A stretch of DNA of 64,000 bases from positions 159,950-223,949 of the forward strand of contig JBKQQP010000029.1 of the NCBI GenBank assembly GCA_052144335.1, in the 5' to 3' direction. The first letter of the stretch is position 1, and every line of letters begins with the position of its first letter. Under the pieces are notes generated by a model, which was given only the letters and a program-made list of their open reading frames with translations, was not told the DNA's origin and ran no database searches. This DNA is from Syntrophales bacterium (GTDB lineage: Bacteria > Desulfobacterota > Syntrophia > Syntrophales > UBA2185). Below are positions 17,764 through 28,027 of the stretch, piece after piece. The translations under genes and the position numbers were made by a program.

Positions 17764-19146
17764 ATGTTGAAAGATGCGAAAATATTAATTGCTGAAGACA
17801 ACGAACTAAGCAGAGAGAATCTCTCCGAACTTCTAAAAAGCCATGGCTGCGAGGTCACGTCTGTCGAAGACGGCAGGCAAGCCAGGGATGCCTTTATCGA
17901 AGGTAAATACGACCTCGTGATAACTGATTTGAAGATGCCAAATATGGATGGTCTTCAACTTCTGGAGTTTATCCAGGAAATCAGTCCGGAGAATATCGTA
18001 ATTATAATTACGGGCCACGGTACTATCAATACTGCCGTAGCGGCAATAAAGCTCGGCGCTTTTGACTACATTACCAAACCGCTAAAAGATGATCTCGTGT
18101 CACTGACGATTGAAAGAGCATTGTCCTATGCGAAACTCAGGCAGGAAAATATAGCCCTCAAGAGAAGTCTGAAGAAAAGATACGATTTCGACAATATGAT
18201 TGGCTACAGCGATGGAATGAAGAGGGTCTTCGATACCATCGAAAAGGTCGCTACTTCGGATAGTACGGTCATGATCTACGGTGACAGCGGCACAGGCAAA
18301 GAATTGGTTGCCAAGGCCATACATTTCAACAGTGAGAGGATCGATTTTCCCCTTGTTGCCGTAAACTGCGGGGCTATTCCCGAAGAGCTGCTTGAAAGTG
18401 AGTTATTCGGCCATGAGAAAGGCGCTTTTACAGGAGCACTTCGCACTAGAATCGGCAGATTTGAATTAGCCAATGGCGGGACGATATTTCTTGATGAGAT
18501 TGGTGATATGAGTCCTGCACTGCAGGTGAAGGTGTTAAGAGTGCTTCAGGAGAAGCAATTTGAGCGTATCGGAGGAGTGAAGACACTACAGGTAGATGTA
18601 AGAATTATTGCCGCAACCAACCAAGATTTGGAAAAAGCGATAGAGGAAAAGAGATTTCGGGAAGACCTGTTCTACCGCATAAACGTCATACCTATTCATC
18701 TGCCGCCTCTGAGAGAAAGAAAGGTTGACATCCCGATATTGGCCAATCACTTCTTGTCGAAATTCAACAAACTGAAGAGGAAGGGGGTGGTACGAATCAC
18801 CCCGGAAGTAATGGAGTACCTGCTCAAGTACTCATGGCCTGGAAATGTCAGAGAACTCGAAAATCTGATCGAGATGCTCGTTGTCTTGAAGGAGGAGGGT
18901 GAAATACAGGTTGCTGACCTTCCGGGAAAAATAGCAGTGGCCTCCTCCCATAGTGTTGTCAGAAGCGGTGTGGAAATAACGGATGAGGGAATCAACTATA
19001 ATGCCTATATTGATCAGCTTGAAAAGGACTTGCTTTCCAAGGCTCTGGAAAGGGCTGGTGGAGCAAAAAATAGGGCCGCAAAATTACTGAACTTAAATAG
19101 AACAACTTTTGTTGAAAAACTAAAGAGATTCAAGATTGGTCAGTAG
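17764..19146 (+). CDS. sigma54-dependent response regulator (REC-AAA+-Fis HTH; NtrC family, candidate flagellar master regulator)
   Basis: REC domain (DLVITDLKMPNMDG), Walker A GDSGTGKE, GAFTGA loop ([10 protein letters not shown]), and a C-terminal HTH (AAKLLNLNRTTFVEKLKRF). Confidence 0.9.
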   Translation: MLKDAKILIAEDNELSRENLSELLKSHGCEVTSVEDGRQARDAFIEGKYDLVITDLKMPNMDGLQLLEFIQEISPENIVIIITGHGTINTAVAAIKLGAFDYITKPLKDDLVSLTIERALSYAKLRQENIALKRSLKKRYDFDNMIGYSDGMKRVFDTIEKVATSDSTVMIYGDSGTGKELVAKAIHFNSERIDFPLVAVNCGAIPEELLESELFGHEKGAFTGALRTRIGRFELANGGTIFLDEIGDMSPALQVKVLRVLQEKQFERIGGVKTLQVDVRIIAATNQDLEKAIEEKRFREDLFYRINVIPIHLPPLRERKVDIPILANHFLSKFNKLKRKGVVRITPEVMEYLLKYSWPGNVRELENLIEMLVVLKEEGEIQVADLPGKIAVASSHSVVRSGVEITDEGINYNAYIDQLEKDLLSKALERAGGAKNRAAKLLNLNRTTFVEKLKRFKIGQ

Positions 19147-19567
19147 CCATTGACCGCGTGTACAAATGTTTTCTCAAGGTGCGGGTATTGGCCGCTACCG
19201 AATTCACACCTCATCCTTGCTTCGCTGTATATCATAAAAGAATCTCTGATGCTTGCGCGAACGCCGAGGAAGCCTCTCATAATAATTAACTAATAACTTC
19301 CCAATTTTCTCTCTCACCGGTCTGTTCATATCCCTAGTTTTCCCAAGGCATTCCCTCAAGAACCCACATACCCGCCTCAGGTTCATGATATTCCCGCCAA
19401 ATGGACGAGGAGATACGGTAAGGGTGCATTTGCGGTCGGAATCTGGTCAATAAATTGGCCACTATGGTGACTATTTGACGTAAGTCAGCTTACACAGTTG
19501 CACAAGTGATTGCAAAAAACATCCTTAAGCTTCTGTTTATTAAGAGGAATGCCCAGTTTTAGGCAGA

Positions 19568-19583
19568 TGGTATATAAATTGCT
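19568..19583 (+). promoter_or_regulatory. sigma54 -24/-12 promoter candidate (TGGTATATAAATTGCT)
   Basis: Exact spacing, located in the 615-nt gap upstream of the TPR-kinase-regulator operon. Confidence 0.65.
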
Positions 19584-19776
19584 CAGGAAAAGAAGCTGAA
19601 GTCCGATAAAAGAATATTTCTGCTCAGCACGGGAACATCTCTGAAAGGTGCAAGCGGAAAGAAGGCCCCGTGGTAGTTGTGATTTCTTCACACACGCGTT
19701 ATCTGAAAGATAGCAATTTACGAGCCAATGGAAGTACTGCAGCCAATCGCTATAGACACAGTTGAAATGTAGAAGA

Positions 19777-21945
19777 ATGAAAAAATTCATAATCTCGTTT
19801 GCCTTAATATCGATGCTCGTGATCCAACTCAGTGGATCGACTCACGGCAGCGACGGCAATGGCCTAGGGCAAAAAACAGATCAACCGAATGTAGTGACAA
19901 CTGCCAGTTACAGCGCAGAACCTAACAATTCTCTTTATGATCAGGCCATGGGAGACTTTCAAAGGGGAGACTATGCTGCGGCGCTGGAAAAGTTTAAGAT
20001 TGTCTTGCAGCAGGAACCCGGGGAAAGTGCCAAGCAGGAAAAGGTTACGAGAGCCATGGCAGAATGCCATTATTTCCTCGGAATAAAAGGGAATAAGAAT
20101 AATCTCTTAAACGCAGTTGACCTTTACAAGAATATCGTGCAGAAGTATCCCGATGCCCATGATGACAATGTCGTTGCCTTATACAGAATAGCGAATTCCT
20201 ACGCCGCGTTAGATTTCTACTATGAAGCGAAGCGGGAATTTGAAAACCTCTACGCAAAGTATCCTAACTCCCATTACATCCCAGAGATTACGTTTAAGAT
20301 GGGTGAAATGCTCTACAAAGCGAGAAAATTTGACGAGAGTGCTCCTAAGTTCGAAGAATATGTCCGCAAGTTCCCAGCTGGAGAATACATCAAGACAGCC
20401 TACTTCAATCTTGGTGATTGCTACTCACAGATGCATCAGGAGGAAATGGCCGACAAGTGGTATAGCAATGCCTTGAACAAGTGGCCTGAGCTAGACAGCA
20501 TCCCCGAAGATGTCCTTCTTAACATCGGGTATCATTACTTCCGGAGCATGAAATATCGCGATGCACTGAAAATTTTCTTCTTCTATGTCAATGTATTCCC
20601 GGAAAAGGAGAGCAATAAAGAAGTTCTTTTTGCCATTGCGCGTTCCTTTATGGAACTAGATCAAATTCCCCTGTCGCTGAAGATTTTCAGTCTCTTGCTA
20701 GAGAAATTTCCTAACACCCGTGAAGCGACAGAAAGTGCAATTATCATGGCCAATCTGGGTGTAAAGAGACCGCAGATGAGATTGCCGTCGTACTTTCAGG
20801 GAATGCGAAATTACCAGGACCCGCTTAAAACTTATAATGATCTGCTGGCCGGATCCCCTTCCGGTGACTATGTGGAGGAACTACTGTTTCAAAAAGGTTA
20901 CTTCTTGTACAAGAATGGCAGGCACAAGGAGAGCTTTGATACCTATGCCCTCCTGCTCTCTCGCTTTCCCAATGGGAGGTACAAGGGAGAGGTCACAAAG
21001 TATTTCATGATATCTACTGATCGGATCGTAGATGAGAATTATGCGAGCGGGGATTATCTGGCGGTCTCAGAGATATACTTTAAGTCTCGAGAACACGGTC
21101 TGATCTCAGGAGACAATTTCAAAGTGGCGTACTATATGGGTGACAGCCTCAGACGAATCGGTCTCAATGATGAAGCGGCCGAAGTCTTTGAAAAACTCCT
21201 AAAAACCTCCGGGAGTGTCGCCGATAGAAATAAGATTTTGCTCGCTCTTGCTGATATCGACTGTGAGCGACGGAATTATGATAATGTTGAAAGGATACTC
21301 CAGCGATTGTCAGTTACTCCGCAGGAAAAAGACCGAAGATCGACGATTGGCAGCCGCCATACCAAATCTCAGGGTAACGCGGTTGTCAAACCCGCATCAC
21401 CGGACGGGCACATGCAGGTGCAGGTAAGCAGAATACTGGGGAATGTTTACTTTAAGAAGGGTCTGTTTGATAAGGCTATATCGGCTTACGCCAGGGTTTT
21501 GGCTTATGGAGGAGGTATTGAAGATATGGCCGAGGTCTACCTAAAAAATGCTGACTGCCTGAAGGCGATAAATTCTCTGGATGCAGCGATGGTCAGTTAT
21601 CGCAAGGCTATCGAAGACTACAACAGGGAAAGCAAGAAATACTCCGTTGATGTTCTAGCTGCTTCATACAGGGGTCTCGGCGATTGCCTCTTTGAAAAAA
21701 AGGATTACCAAGAGGCCATATCTATGTACAGGGAATCGGCATCTCATCTTGGTGGGCGCGCCGAAGGCTTATGGTCACTCTATGAGATGGGTAAGGGATA
21801 CGCAGGATTAAAAAATTCTGAGATGGCGGACAAGATTTTTTCAGAATTGAAGAATAAGGGTGGCGAAGGTTTCTGGTCCAATCTCGCTGATTACGCACTG
21901 AGAGAATATGGCTGGAATGAGAAATACGCCGCTAATCATCCATAG
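19777..21945 (+). CDS. Exported TPR-repeat protein
   Basis: The ATG at 19777 gives MKKFIISFALISMLVIQLSGS, a signal peptide. TPR-like units recur along the roughly 720 aa. The track start at 19762 is a TTG. Confidence 0.8.
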   Translation: MKKFIISFALISMLVIQLSGSTHGSDGNGLGQKTDQPNVVTTASYSAEPNNSLYDQAMGDFQRGDYAAALEKFKIVLQQEPGESAKQEKVTRAMAECHYFLGIKGNKNNLLNAVDLYKNIVQKYPDAHDDNVVALYRIANSYAALDFYYEAKREFENLYAKYPNSHYIPEITFKMGEMLYKARKFDESAPKFEEYVRKFPAGEYIKTAYFNLGDCYSQMHQEEMADKWYSNALNKWPELDSIPEDVLLNIGYHYFRSMKYRDALKIFFFYVNVFPEKESNKEVLFAIARSFMELDQIPLSLKIFSLLLEKFPNTREATESAIIMANLGVKRPQMRLPSYFQGMRNYQDPLKTYNDLLAGSPSGDYVEELLFQKGYFLYKNGRHKESFDTYALLLSRFPNGRYKGEVTKYFMISTDRIVDENYASGDYLAVSEIYFKSREHGLISGDNFKVAYYMGDSLRRIGLNDEAAEVFEKLLKTSGSVADRNKILLALADIDCERRNYDNVERILQRLSVTPQEKDRRSTIGSRHTKSQGNAVVKPASPDGHMQVQVSRILGNVYFKKGLFDKAISAYARVLAYGGGIEDMAEVYLKNADCLKAINSLDAAMVSYRKAIEDYNRESKKYSVDVLAASYRGLGDCLFEKKDYQEAISMYRESASHLGGRAEGLWSLYEMGKGYAGLKNSEMADKIFSELKNKGGEGFWSNLADYALREYGWNEKYAANHP

Positions 21946-21965
21946 AGCACGGTTGTTTATAGGGA

Positions 21966-23258
21966 TTGAACGTTATCATGAATGATCAAGAGATGGCAGA
22001 AGACCAGTATCTCTACTTGCAAAAATCCTTCAACGAATTTAACCAGGCGACAGAACGGCTCCAGAATTCTTTCGCAAGTCTTGAACTGAAGTTTCAAGAG
22101 ATAAACAGAGAATTAGAACTGAGAAACGAGGAGCTTAAGCGAACAATAGCGGAAAAAGAGGAGGTAAAAAACTATCTCCGAAACATACTTGAAAGTCTGA
22201 CCACCGGCGTTGTTGTCACGGACACCGCCGGCTGGATAACAACGCTAAACAAGTGGGCAGAAACGTTTTTCAATATCTCACAGGATGAGGCTACGGGAAA
22301 ACATATAAGTGTTTTATTTAGTGACCTGAAGGGTCTGGACAGAAACGCATTCTCCTATGCAGATTATTTTACGGACACTGGCAAAAAAGTAAATATGAAA
22401 GACAGGATCATAGAGATTTTCGCGTCCCCCATGAGGGCTGAACAGGGCAAAATCATAGGGGAAGTTTTTATATTGCGCGATGTCACAAGAGTCGAGAAGC
22501 TGGAGGAAATGGCGAAACGAACGGAAAAGCTCATAGCCATGGGTGAGATGGCAGCAAATATAGCGCATGAGATGAGAAATCCCCTTGGGAGTATTGAGCT
22601 ATTCGCTTCGTTGTTAATGAAGGATATGAAAGAGAAAAGGCATCAGGAAAGATTGTCGCATATTATCACCTCGGTCAAGAATATGGACAACAAGATTTCC
22701 AACCTTCTGCTGTTTACAACACAGAAGCATCCTATGATGAGGAAGGTTAACCTTCATCGCATAGTGAAGGAAGTGCTTCAATTTTCCGACCCAATTATCA
22801 AACAGGAAGACATATCGCTGTCGGTTAAGTATTCAGGCATTGATCCCTTTGTAAGAGGTGACGCGGAAATGCTCAAGCAGGTTTTTCTCAACATTTTATT
22901 AAACGCCATACAGGCGATGACAGATGGTGGGCGTCTTGGGATTGAAACAGTTGTATCTCCTTTATGCTTTGAAGACGGCCTCGGAATCGTTGAAGTCAGA
23001 ATCTCTGATACGGGAGTTGGTATCACAAAAGACAATTTAAAAAAGATATTTGATCCTTTTTTCAGCACCAGAGAGAGGGGCTCCGGTCTGGGCCTTGCGA
23101 TCGTTCACAATATTGTTCATGCCCACGGCGGTTCTATTGATGTTGAGAGCAGGGAAAAGGAAGGGACCGTCTTTAGCATTACCTTGCCTCTGTTCCGGCA
23201 GACTAGTAGGTCTGAAGTCGTTAAATATCAAAAAATCTTAGGTGATAGACATGCATGA
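21966..23258 (+). CDS. Soluble PAS sensor histidine kinase (FlrB/FleS-like)
   Basis: No TM segment. Coiled coil, PAS region, H-box AHEMRNPLGSI, N-box LLNAIQAM, G-boxes DTGVGI and GSGLGLA. An ATG at 21978 is an alternative start. Confidence 0.9.
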   Translation: MNVIMNDQEMAEDQYLYLQKSFNEFNQATERLQNSFASLELKFQEINRELELRNEELKRTIAEKEEVKNYLRNILESLTTGVVVTDTAGWITTLNKWAETFFNISQDEATGKHISVLFSDLKGLDRNAFSYADYFTDTGKKVNMKDRIIEIFASPMRAEQGKIIGEVFILRDVTRVEKLEEMAKRTEKLIAMGEMAANIAHEMRNPLGSIELFASLLMKDMKEKRHQERLSHIITSVKNMDNKISNLLLFTTQKHPMMRKVNLHRIVKEVLQFSDPIIKQEDISLSVKYSGIDPFVRGDAEMLKQVFLNILLNAIQAMTDGGRLGIETVVSPLCFEDGLGIVEVRISDTGVGITKDNLKKIFDPFFSTRERGSGLGLAIVHNIVHAHGGSIDVESREKEGTVFSITLPLFRQTSRSEVVKYQKILGDRHA

Positions 23259-24609
23259 GAGGCCGGTTTTAGTAGTTGATGATGAACCATCTATGAGGAT
23301 GGCTTTATCTGAATCTCTCCTGAGCTGCGGCTACCAAGTGGAAGCGGCAGTGGATGGCGCAGATGCCCTGAAGAAATTTAGCAAAGGGCAGTTTGACGTC
23401 GTTATCACGGATATGCGAATGCCTAAAGTGGGCGGAATGGAATTGCTGAAGGGTATCAAGAAGATTTCACCGAGAACTCATGTCATCGTGATAACTGCTT
23501 ACGGTACCGTTAATACGGCGGTTCAGGCCATGAAGGAGGGTGCTTCTGATTTTATAATGAAACCCTTTTCCCTTGAAGACCTCGAGTCGGTTGTAAAAAA
23601 TGTATTATCGCATCACGTAACAAGTGAAGGAGAGTCTAAAGATAAAGAAGAAGCGCAGTCATCTTCCAAAGAGATTATTACCTGCGATAAGAAAATTATT
23701 TCCTTGCTTGAATTGCTGAAGTGTGTGTCAAAAAGTAAGTCCAGCGTTCTGATTCAAGGTGAAAGTGGCACAGGCAAGGAGCTGTTTGCGCGGTATATTC
23801 ATCGTCACAGCAATAGAGCACTTATGCCCTTTGTTGCCGTTAACTGTGCCGCCGTTCCCCATACTCTTCTGGAAAGCGAAATGTTTGGATACGAGAAGGG
23901 AGCCTTTACCGGCGCAGTGCAGAGACGATTAGGTAAATTCGAACTGGCTGACGGGGGGACTTTGTTGCTGGATGAGATTAGCGAGATGGACATTCAGCTT
24001 CAGGCGAAACTCCTCAGGGCCATTCAGGAAGGAGAAATCGATAGATTGGGAGGAAGAGAAACGATTCCTGTAGATGTTAGGATTATTGCGACAACAAACT
24101 CAGATTTAAAAAAGGTCATTTCAGAAAAGAAGTTCAGAGAGGATCTCTTTTACAGACTGAATGTCATTCCCGTGAGTGTGCCGCCTCTCAGGAGCAGGGT
24201 GGCCGATATTCCTCTACTGAATGACTATTTTCTGAAAAAATACAGTGAGCTTACGGGAAGAAAAAAACCTCTGCTGTCTGAGGAGGCGGCGGCGTTATTA
24301 AAGAACTATGCGTGGCCCGGGAATGTCAGAGAGCTTGAGAATGTTATTGAGAGGGCCGTTTTAATGGCCGATAAAGGCCCGATACGGCCCGAACATTTAT
24401 GTCTTGAGGGAAGTGAGGGGGAACCATTGGAGACTTATTTGTCAAGTGCCCCACTAAAAGGGTCAACTCTATGGGAGGTAGAGAAGAACCTCATTTTCGA
24501 CACCCTCAAAGAGGTGAATGGGAATAAGACGAAAGCTTCAAAAATTCTGGGCATAAGTGTTCGTACGATGCGCAATAAGCTTCACGAGTATAAAATGACG
24601 AATTTATGA
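23251..24609 (+). CDS. sigma54-dependent response regulator (REC-AAA+-HTH; FlrC/FleR-like)
   Basis: REC domain ([14 protein letters not shown]), Walker [19 protein letters not shown] loop, C-terminal HTH. The ATG at 23251 overlaps the kinase stop, indicating a coupled pair. Confidence 0.9.
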   Translation: MHERPVLVVDDEPSMRMALSESLLSCGYQVEAAVDGADALKKFSKGQFDVVITDMRMPKVGGMELLKGIKKISPRTHVIVITAYGTVNTAVQAMKEGASDFIMKPFSLEDLESVVKNVLSHHVTSEGESKDKEEAQSSSKEIITCDKKIISLLELLKCVSKSKSSVLIQGESGTGKELFARYIHRHSNRALMPFVAVNCAAVPHTLLESEMFGYEKGAFTGAVQRRLGKFELADGGTLLLDEISEMDIQLQAKLLRAIQEGEIDRLGGRETIPVDVRIIATTNSDLKKVISEKKFREDLFYRLNVIPVSVPPLRSRVADIPLLNDYFLKKYSELTGRKKPLLSEEAAALLKNYAWPGNVRELENVIERAVLMADKGPIRPEHLCLEGSEGEPLETYLSSAPLKGSTLWEVEKNLIFDTLKEVNGNKTKASKILGISVRTMRNKLHEYKMTNL

Positions 24610-25023
24610 TCATGGCAGTCAAAAAAATGCCCCTCCGGGGAATTTCAAAAAGTTATGCGTGATCGCACAAGATATTTTTTCGGCTCCGCGTTGAAAACAG
24701 ATAGCCCAGCCGGAATCGGTAGTGTCTTAAAATAAATATGGCAATTGAAAAAATCTCTTCATCCATCATGGTGCATACCTCTTTGAAATTATTCAGAGGT
24801 CCTTCTCTAAGAGATGGGAAAAATTTTCCTGGTTTCTGCAATGGCGTATGTCATTTATCAGTTTCAGCACTTTCCACAAGGCATTCGTCTCGATCAATGC
24901 ATGGTGTCTGATAACGTAAGAGACCGGTAACATGGATTGTCGGGGACTTAATAGTCGGGTTAACCTATGATAATGGATGTGCCTATAAAGGCAAACTGAG
25001 CAGCGTCGCCTGATCCTGCGTAG

Positions 25024-25061
25024 CGTGACACAAAGTGAAGCAGGATATACTGCTTGTCACG
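25024..25061. promoter_or_regulatory. Nested inverted repeat CGTGACA-N24-TGTCACG enclosing AAGCAG-N6-CTGCTT (candidate enhancer/UAS)
   Basis: Read directly. Lies about 96-133 nt upstream of the flgB sigma54 promoter, the usual distance for an enhancer-binding-protein site. Confidence 0.35.
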
Positions 25062-25156
25062 AGGTCGTCGTGTTTCCATGAAATAGAGGGCTCGTGTCGA
25101 AGTTTTAAAAATATTCATTTCATTTCTTTTAAAATGCGCACTTTTGGGGGCAGTTT

Positions 25157-25172
25157 TGGTATATCATTTGCA
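25157..25172 (+). promoter_or_regulatory. sigma54 -24/-12 promoter candidate (TGGTATATCATTTGCA)
   Basis: Exact spacing, 62 nt upstream of the flgB ATG. Confidence 0.7.
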
Positions 25173-25233
25173 CATATAATCCGAAAATGCTTTTTTGTAC
25201 ATTTTTTCACGGCGGGTAAACGTTAGGAGGCTT

Positions 25234-25608
25234 ATGGATTTTCAGTTTGATAAGACAATGAATCTTTTGTCGTCCATGATGGATTTCAGGTCTCAGAGGC
25301 ACCAGTTAATTACTTCAAATGTCGCAAATATCGATACGCCAGGATACACATCTAAGGATTTGCAGTTTAAAGGTATTATTGGGGAAGCGATGCAAAAAAA
25401 ATTAACAACTACGGACAAAAAGCACTTTTCTGGACAGTTTGCAAATGCCGGTTCAATAGACTGTGAGGTCGTCGATTCCGGAGAGAGCGTAAATCTCGAT
25501 ACGGAGATGGCGACTCTTGCAGAGAATCATCTCATGTATAATACGTCAGTTGAGCTTTTGTCCAGAAAGCTGAAAAGCATGAAAATCGTATTTAATGAGG
25601 TAAAATAA
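25234..25608 (+). CDS. flgB: Flagellar basal-body rod protein FlgB
   Basis: The ATG at 25234 has an AGGAGG RBS. Contains the SNVANIDTPGY rod motif. First gene of the flgBC-fliE order. Confidence 0.9.
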   Translation: MDFQFDKTMNLLSSMMDFRSQRHQLITSNVANIDTPGYTSKDLQFKGIIGEAMQKKLTTTDKKHFSGQFANAGSIDCEVVDSGESVNLDTEMATLAENHLMYNTSVELLSRKLKSMKIVFNEVK

Positions 25609-25609
25609 C

Positions 25610-26041
25610 ATGGATTTTCTTACGCCCTTTAAAATATGTGGAGACGGACTTGCCGCCCAGCGGGCGAAGATGGACGTCATTACAAGCAATATTGCCAATA
25701 TTCACACGACCAGGACGCCGGAAGGCGGGCCGTATTTGAGACAGGTTGTTGTTTTTTCATCTGAAAATATCAACGGCAATTTTGACTCTCAGCTAAAAGA
25801 TGCCGTAAGAACGGTAAAAGTAGATGGTGTTCAGGCTGCTCAAGGTGATGAAGCCGTTAAGATGATGCATAATCCCGGCCATCCTGATGCTGATGCAAAG
25901 GGCTTTGTGGCCATGCCGAATATAAACACGGTCACAGAAATGGTAGATATGATCCAGGCTAACAGGGCGTATGAGGCATGTGTTACAGCTTTCGATACGT
26001 CGAAGAGTATGGCACTTAAGACATTGGAAATGGGAAAGTAG
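25610..26041 (+). CDS. flgC: Flagellar basal-body rod protein FlgC
   Basis: 143 aa. Contains SNIANIHTTRTPEGGPY and C-terminal MVDMIQANRAYEA. Confidence 0.95.
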   Translation: MDFLTPFKICGDGLAAQRAKMDVITSNIANIHTTRTPEGGPYLRQVVVFSSENINGNFDSQLKDAVRTVKVDGVQAAQGDEAVKMMHNPGHPDADAKGFVAMPNINTVTEMVDMIQANRAYEACVTAFDTSKSMALKTLEMGK

Positions 26042-26094
26042 TAAGCAAGTAAGAAACAGGAATTACGCCCGGACGGGTGGGAGGTAATCTAACA

Positions 26095-26397
26095 ATGAGC
26101 GACATTTCGATTAGAGGCGACGCCCTTCAGCCTTCATCAACGACCGGTAAATTAAGAGGTAGTGGTCAGGATGGCAAGACAGAATTCATTACGATTCTTA
26201 AGGACAAGGTGAATGAGATCAACCAGCTTCAGCTGGATGCTGACCAGGCTATTACAAAGGTCGAAATGGGGAATTCCGGAAGCATCCATGATGCAGTCAT
26301 TGCACTGGAAAAAGCAGATCTCTCGTTCAGGAAAATGATACAGGTGCGGAATAAGATTTTGGAGGCATATCAGGAAGTCATGAGAATGCAAGTATAA
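26095..26397 (+). CDS. fliE: Flagellar hook-basal body complex protein FliE
   Basis: About 100 aa. C-terminal HDAVIALEKADLSFRKMIQVRNKILEAYQEVMRM. Position is after flgC. Confidence 0.9.
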   Translation: MSDISIRGDALQPSSTTGKLRGSGQDGKTEFITILKDKVNEINQLQLDADQAITKVEMGNSGSIHDAVIALEKADLSFRKMIQVRNKILEAYQEVMRMQV

Positions 26398-26426
26398 TCC
26401 ATCATTAAATTATTGCGGTAAATACT

Positions 26427-28022
26427 ATGAATCCTATCACTCAATTTCTTACCCAGATCTGGAAAGGCTTCAATACATTAGAACCTTCAAAGAAGATGTC
26501 TCTTCTCCTTATAGCTGCGGTTGCTTTTATAGGGATTGGAACTATGGTCTACTGGACCAGCATGCCGGAGTATCGTGTACTATTTTCAAATCTTAATTCT
26601 GAAGACGCAGGGAATATTGTTGGAAGACTACAGGAAAAAAAGATTCCCTATAAGATGTCCGCTGCAGGTGATTCCGTCCTTGTGCCCTCTGAGAAGATCT
26701 CTGAAATGAGATTGGAATTGGCATCTTCCGGACTGCCTCAAGGCGGGGGCGTCGGTTTTGAGATATTTGATAATAAACCTCTTGGGGCAACGGAATTCGT
26801 ACAGCAGTTGAACTACCAGAGGGCTCTTCAAGGTGAACTCTCCCGCACCATAAACGGGTTGGACGAGATACAGCAAAGCAGGGTGCACCTAGTTATACCA
26901 AAGAAATCCCTTTTCATAGAGGACCAGAAAAAGCCGACTGCTTCCGTGATTGTAAAATTGAAGTCGGGAAGAACCTTGCGTCCGCCACAGATAGAAGGCA
27001 TTGTTCATCTTGTGGCAAGCAGTGTGGAGGGGATGAATCCTTCTGATGTAATGGTCGTTGATAATAGCGGGAAGGTGCTGTCTAAGATACAAGATGAATC
27101 AAAGCTGGCGAGGATGTCAAATTCTCAGGTTGAGTATCAGAGGAATGTCGAGCAAGACTTAACTGGCAGAGTACAGTCGATGCTAGAGAAAGTGGTGGGC
27201 GAAGGACGAGCAGTGGTCAGAGTCTCTGCTGATCTTGATTTCCAGATAACGGAAAAAACAGAGGAGAAATATGATCCCGAAGAGCCCGTGGTTAGAAGCA
27301 CGCAGCGTCAGTCATCGAAGTCAAGTTCCACAGCCCCAACGTCGGGCGGGCAGTCATCAGTTGCTCCTGTTGGTGGAAAGCAGGCTGGTGCGACAACGGC
27401 TAAGCAGGGGACTGGCTCTGAACGCCTGGATGAAGTTGTAAACTATGAAATAAACAAGGTTATCAGCAAGACGGTGATGCCAACAGGGGACATAAAGAAA
27501 CTGTCCGTAGCTGTATTGATAGACGGGCCATATGTGAAAAATGATAAAGGGGTCGAGGAGTTCCAGCCACGGTCAAAGAAGGAACTAACAGATCTGGAGG
27601 AACTGGTGAAGAAGGCGGCAGGCTTTGATGCAAAAAGGGGTGACCAGGTTGTCATTACCAACATCCCCTTCAACAAGGGTGAGTTCGAAGCTGGAGCGGC
27701 CGGCAAAGAGACATGGCAGGAGAAAATTACGGTATTTTATCCGGTAGTATATCCTATAATGAAGTACATTGTAATGATTATAGGTATTTTTCTGGCGATC
27801 ATAGCTATACGGCCGCTCATCACTATGTTAATGGCGCGGGGAAAGATGCCCGATTATGCTACCAAGGAAATTGCCGCACCGACTGTGGGTGAACTGGAAG
27901 GAACTGCGAGTCCGTTGGCTTTGGGAGAGAAAACAAGAGGGACAGAGACCGATGTTGTAAGGCAGATGGCCAGTGCAGACGCAAGGCGCTTTGCTGAATT
28001 ATTGAGGATTTGGTTACGGTAG
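26427..28022 (+). CDS. fliF: Flagellar M-ring protein FliF
   Basis: 531 aa with two TM helices flanking a large periplasmic region. Contains the YQRALQGELSRTI motif. Confidence 0.95.
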   Translation: MNPITQFLTQIWKGFNTLEPSKKMSLLLIAAVAFIGIGTMVYWTSMPEYRVLFSNLNSEDAGNIVGRLQEKKIPYKMSAAGDSVLVPSEKISEMRLELASSGLPQGGGVGFEIFDNKPLGATEFVQQLNYQRALQGELSRTINGLDEIQQSRVHLVIPKKSLFIEDQKKPTASVIVKLKSGRTLRPPQIEGIVHLVASSVEGMNPSDVMVVDNSGKVLSKIQDESKLARMSNSQVEYQRNVEQDLTGRVQSMLEKVVGEGRAVVRVSADLDFQITEKTEEKYDPEEPVVRSTQRQSSKSSSTAPTSGGQSSVAPVGGKQAGATTAKQGTGSERLDEVVNYEINKVISKTVMPTGDIKKLSVAVLIDGPYVKNDKGVEEFQPRSKKELTDLEELVKKAAGFDAKRGDQVVITNIPFNKGEFEAGAAGKETWQEKITVFYPVVYPIMKYIVMIIGIFLAIIAIRPLITMLMARGKMPDYATKEIAAPTVGELEGTASPLALGEKTRGTETDVVRQMASADARRFAELLRIWLR

Positions 28023-28027
28023 AGTAA

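Noticed and set aside
19204-19790. Two minus-strand ORFs (60 and 101 aa) in the 615-nt gap upstream of the TPR gene. The first (…KIGKLLVNYYERLPRRSRKHQRF…) faintly recalls maturase or transposase fragments.
   Set aside because: There is no diagnostic motif. The second overlaps the TPR gene start and is Cys-rich. The gap is better explained as a promoter/enhancer region containing the 19568 sigma54 promoter.
21200-21227. sigma28-like match TAAAAACC-N12-GCCGATAG inside the TPR gene.
   Set aside because: It is internal to a CDS, about 740 nt from the next start. Its -35 lacks the TAAAGTTT octamer shared by the three intergenic sites. It is probably chance.
24610-25023. 62-aa minus-strand ORF (24653-24841), and a CCCC-tcc-GGGG hairpin after the second regulator gene considered as a terminator.
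   Set aside because: The ORF has no RBS and no recognisable family. The hairpin has only a 4-bp stem, and the T-run lies on the wrong side for the plus-strand transcript.
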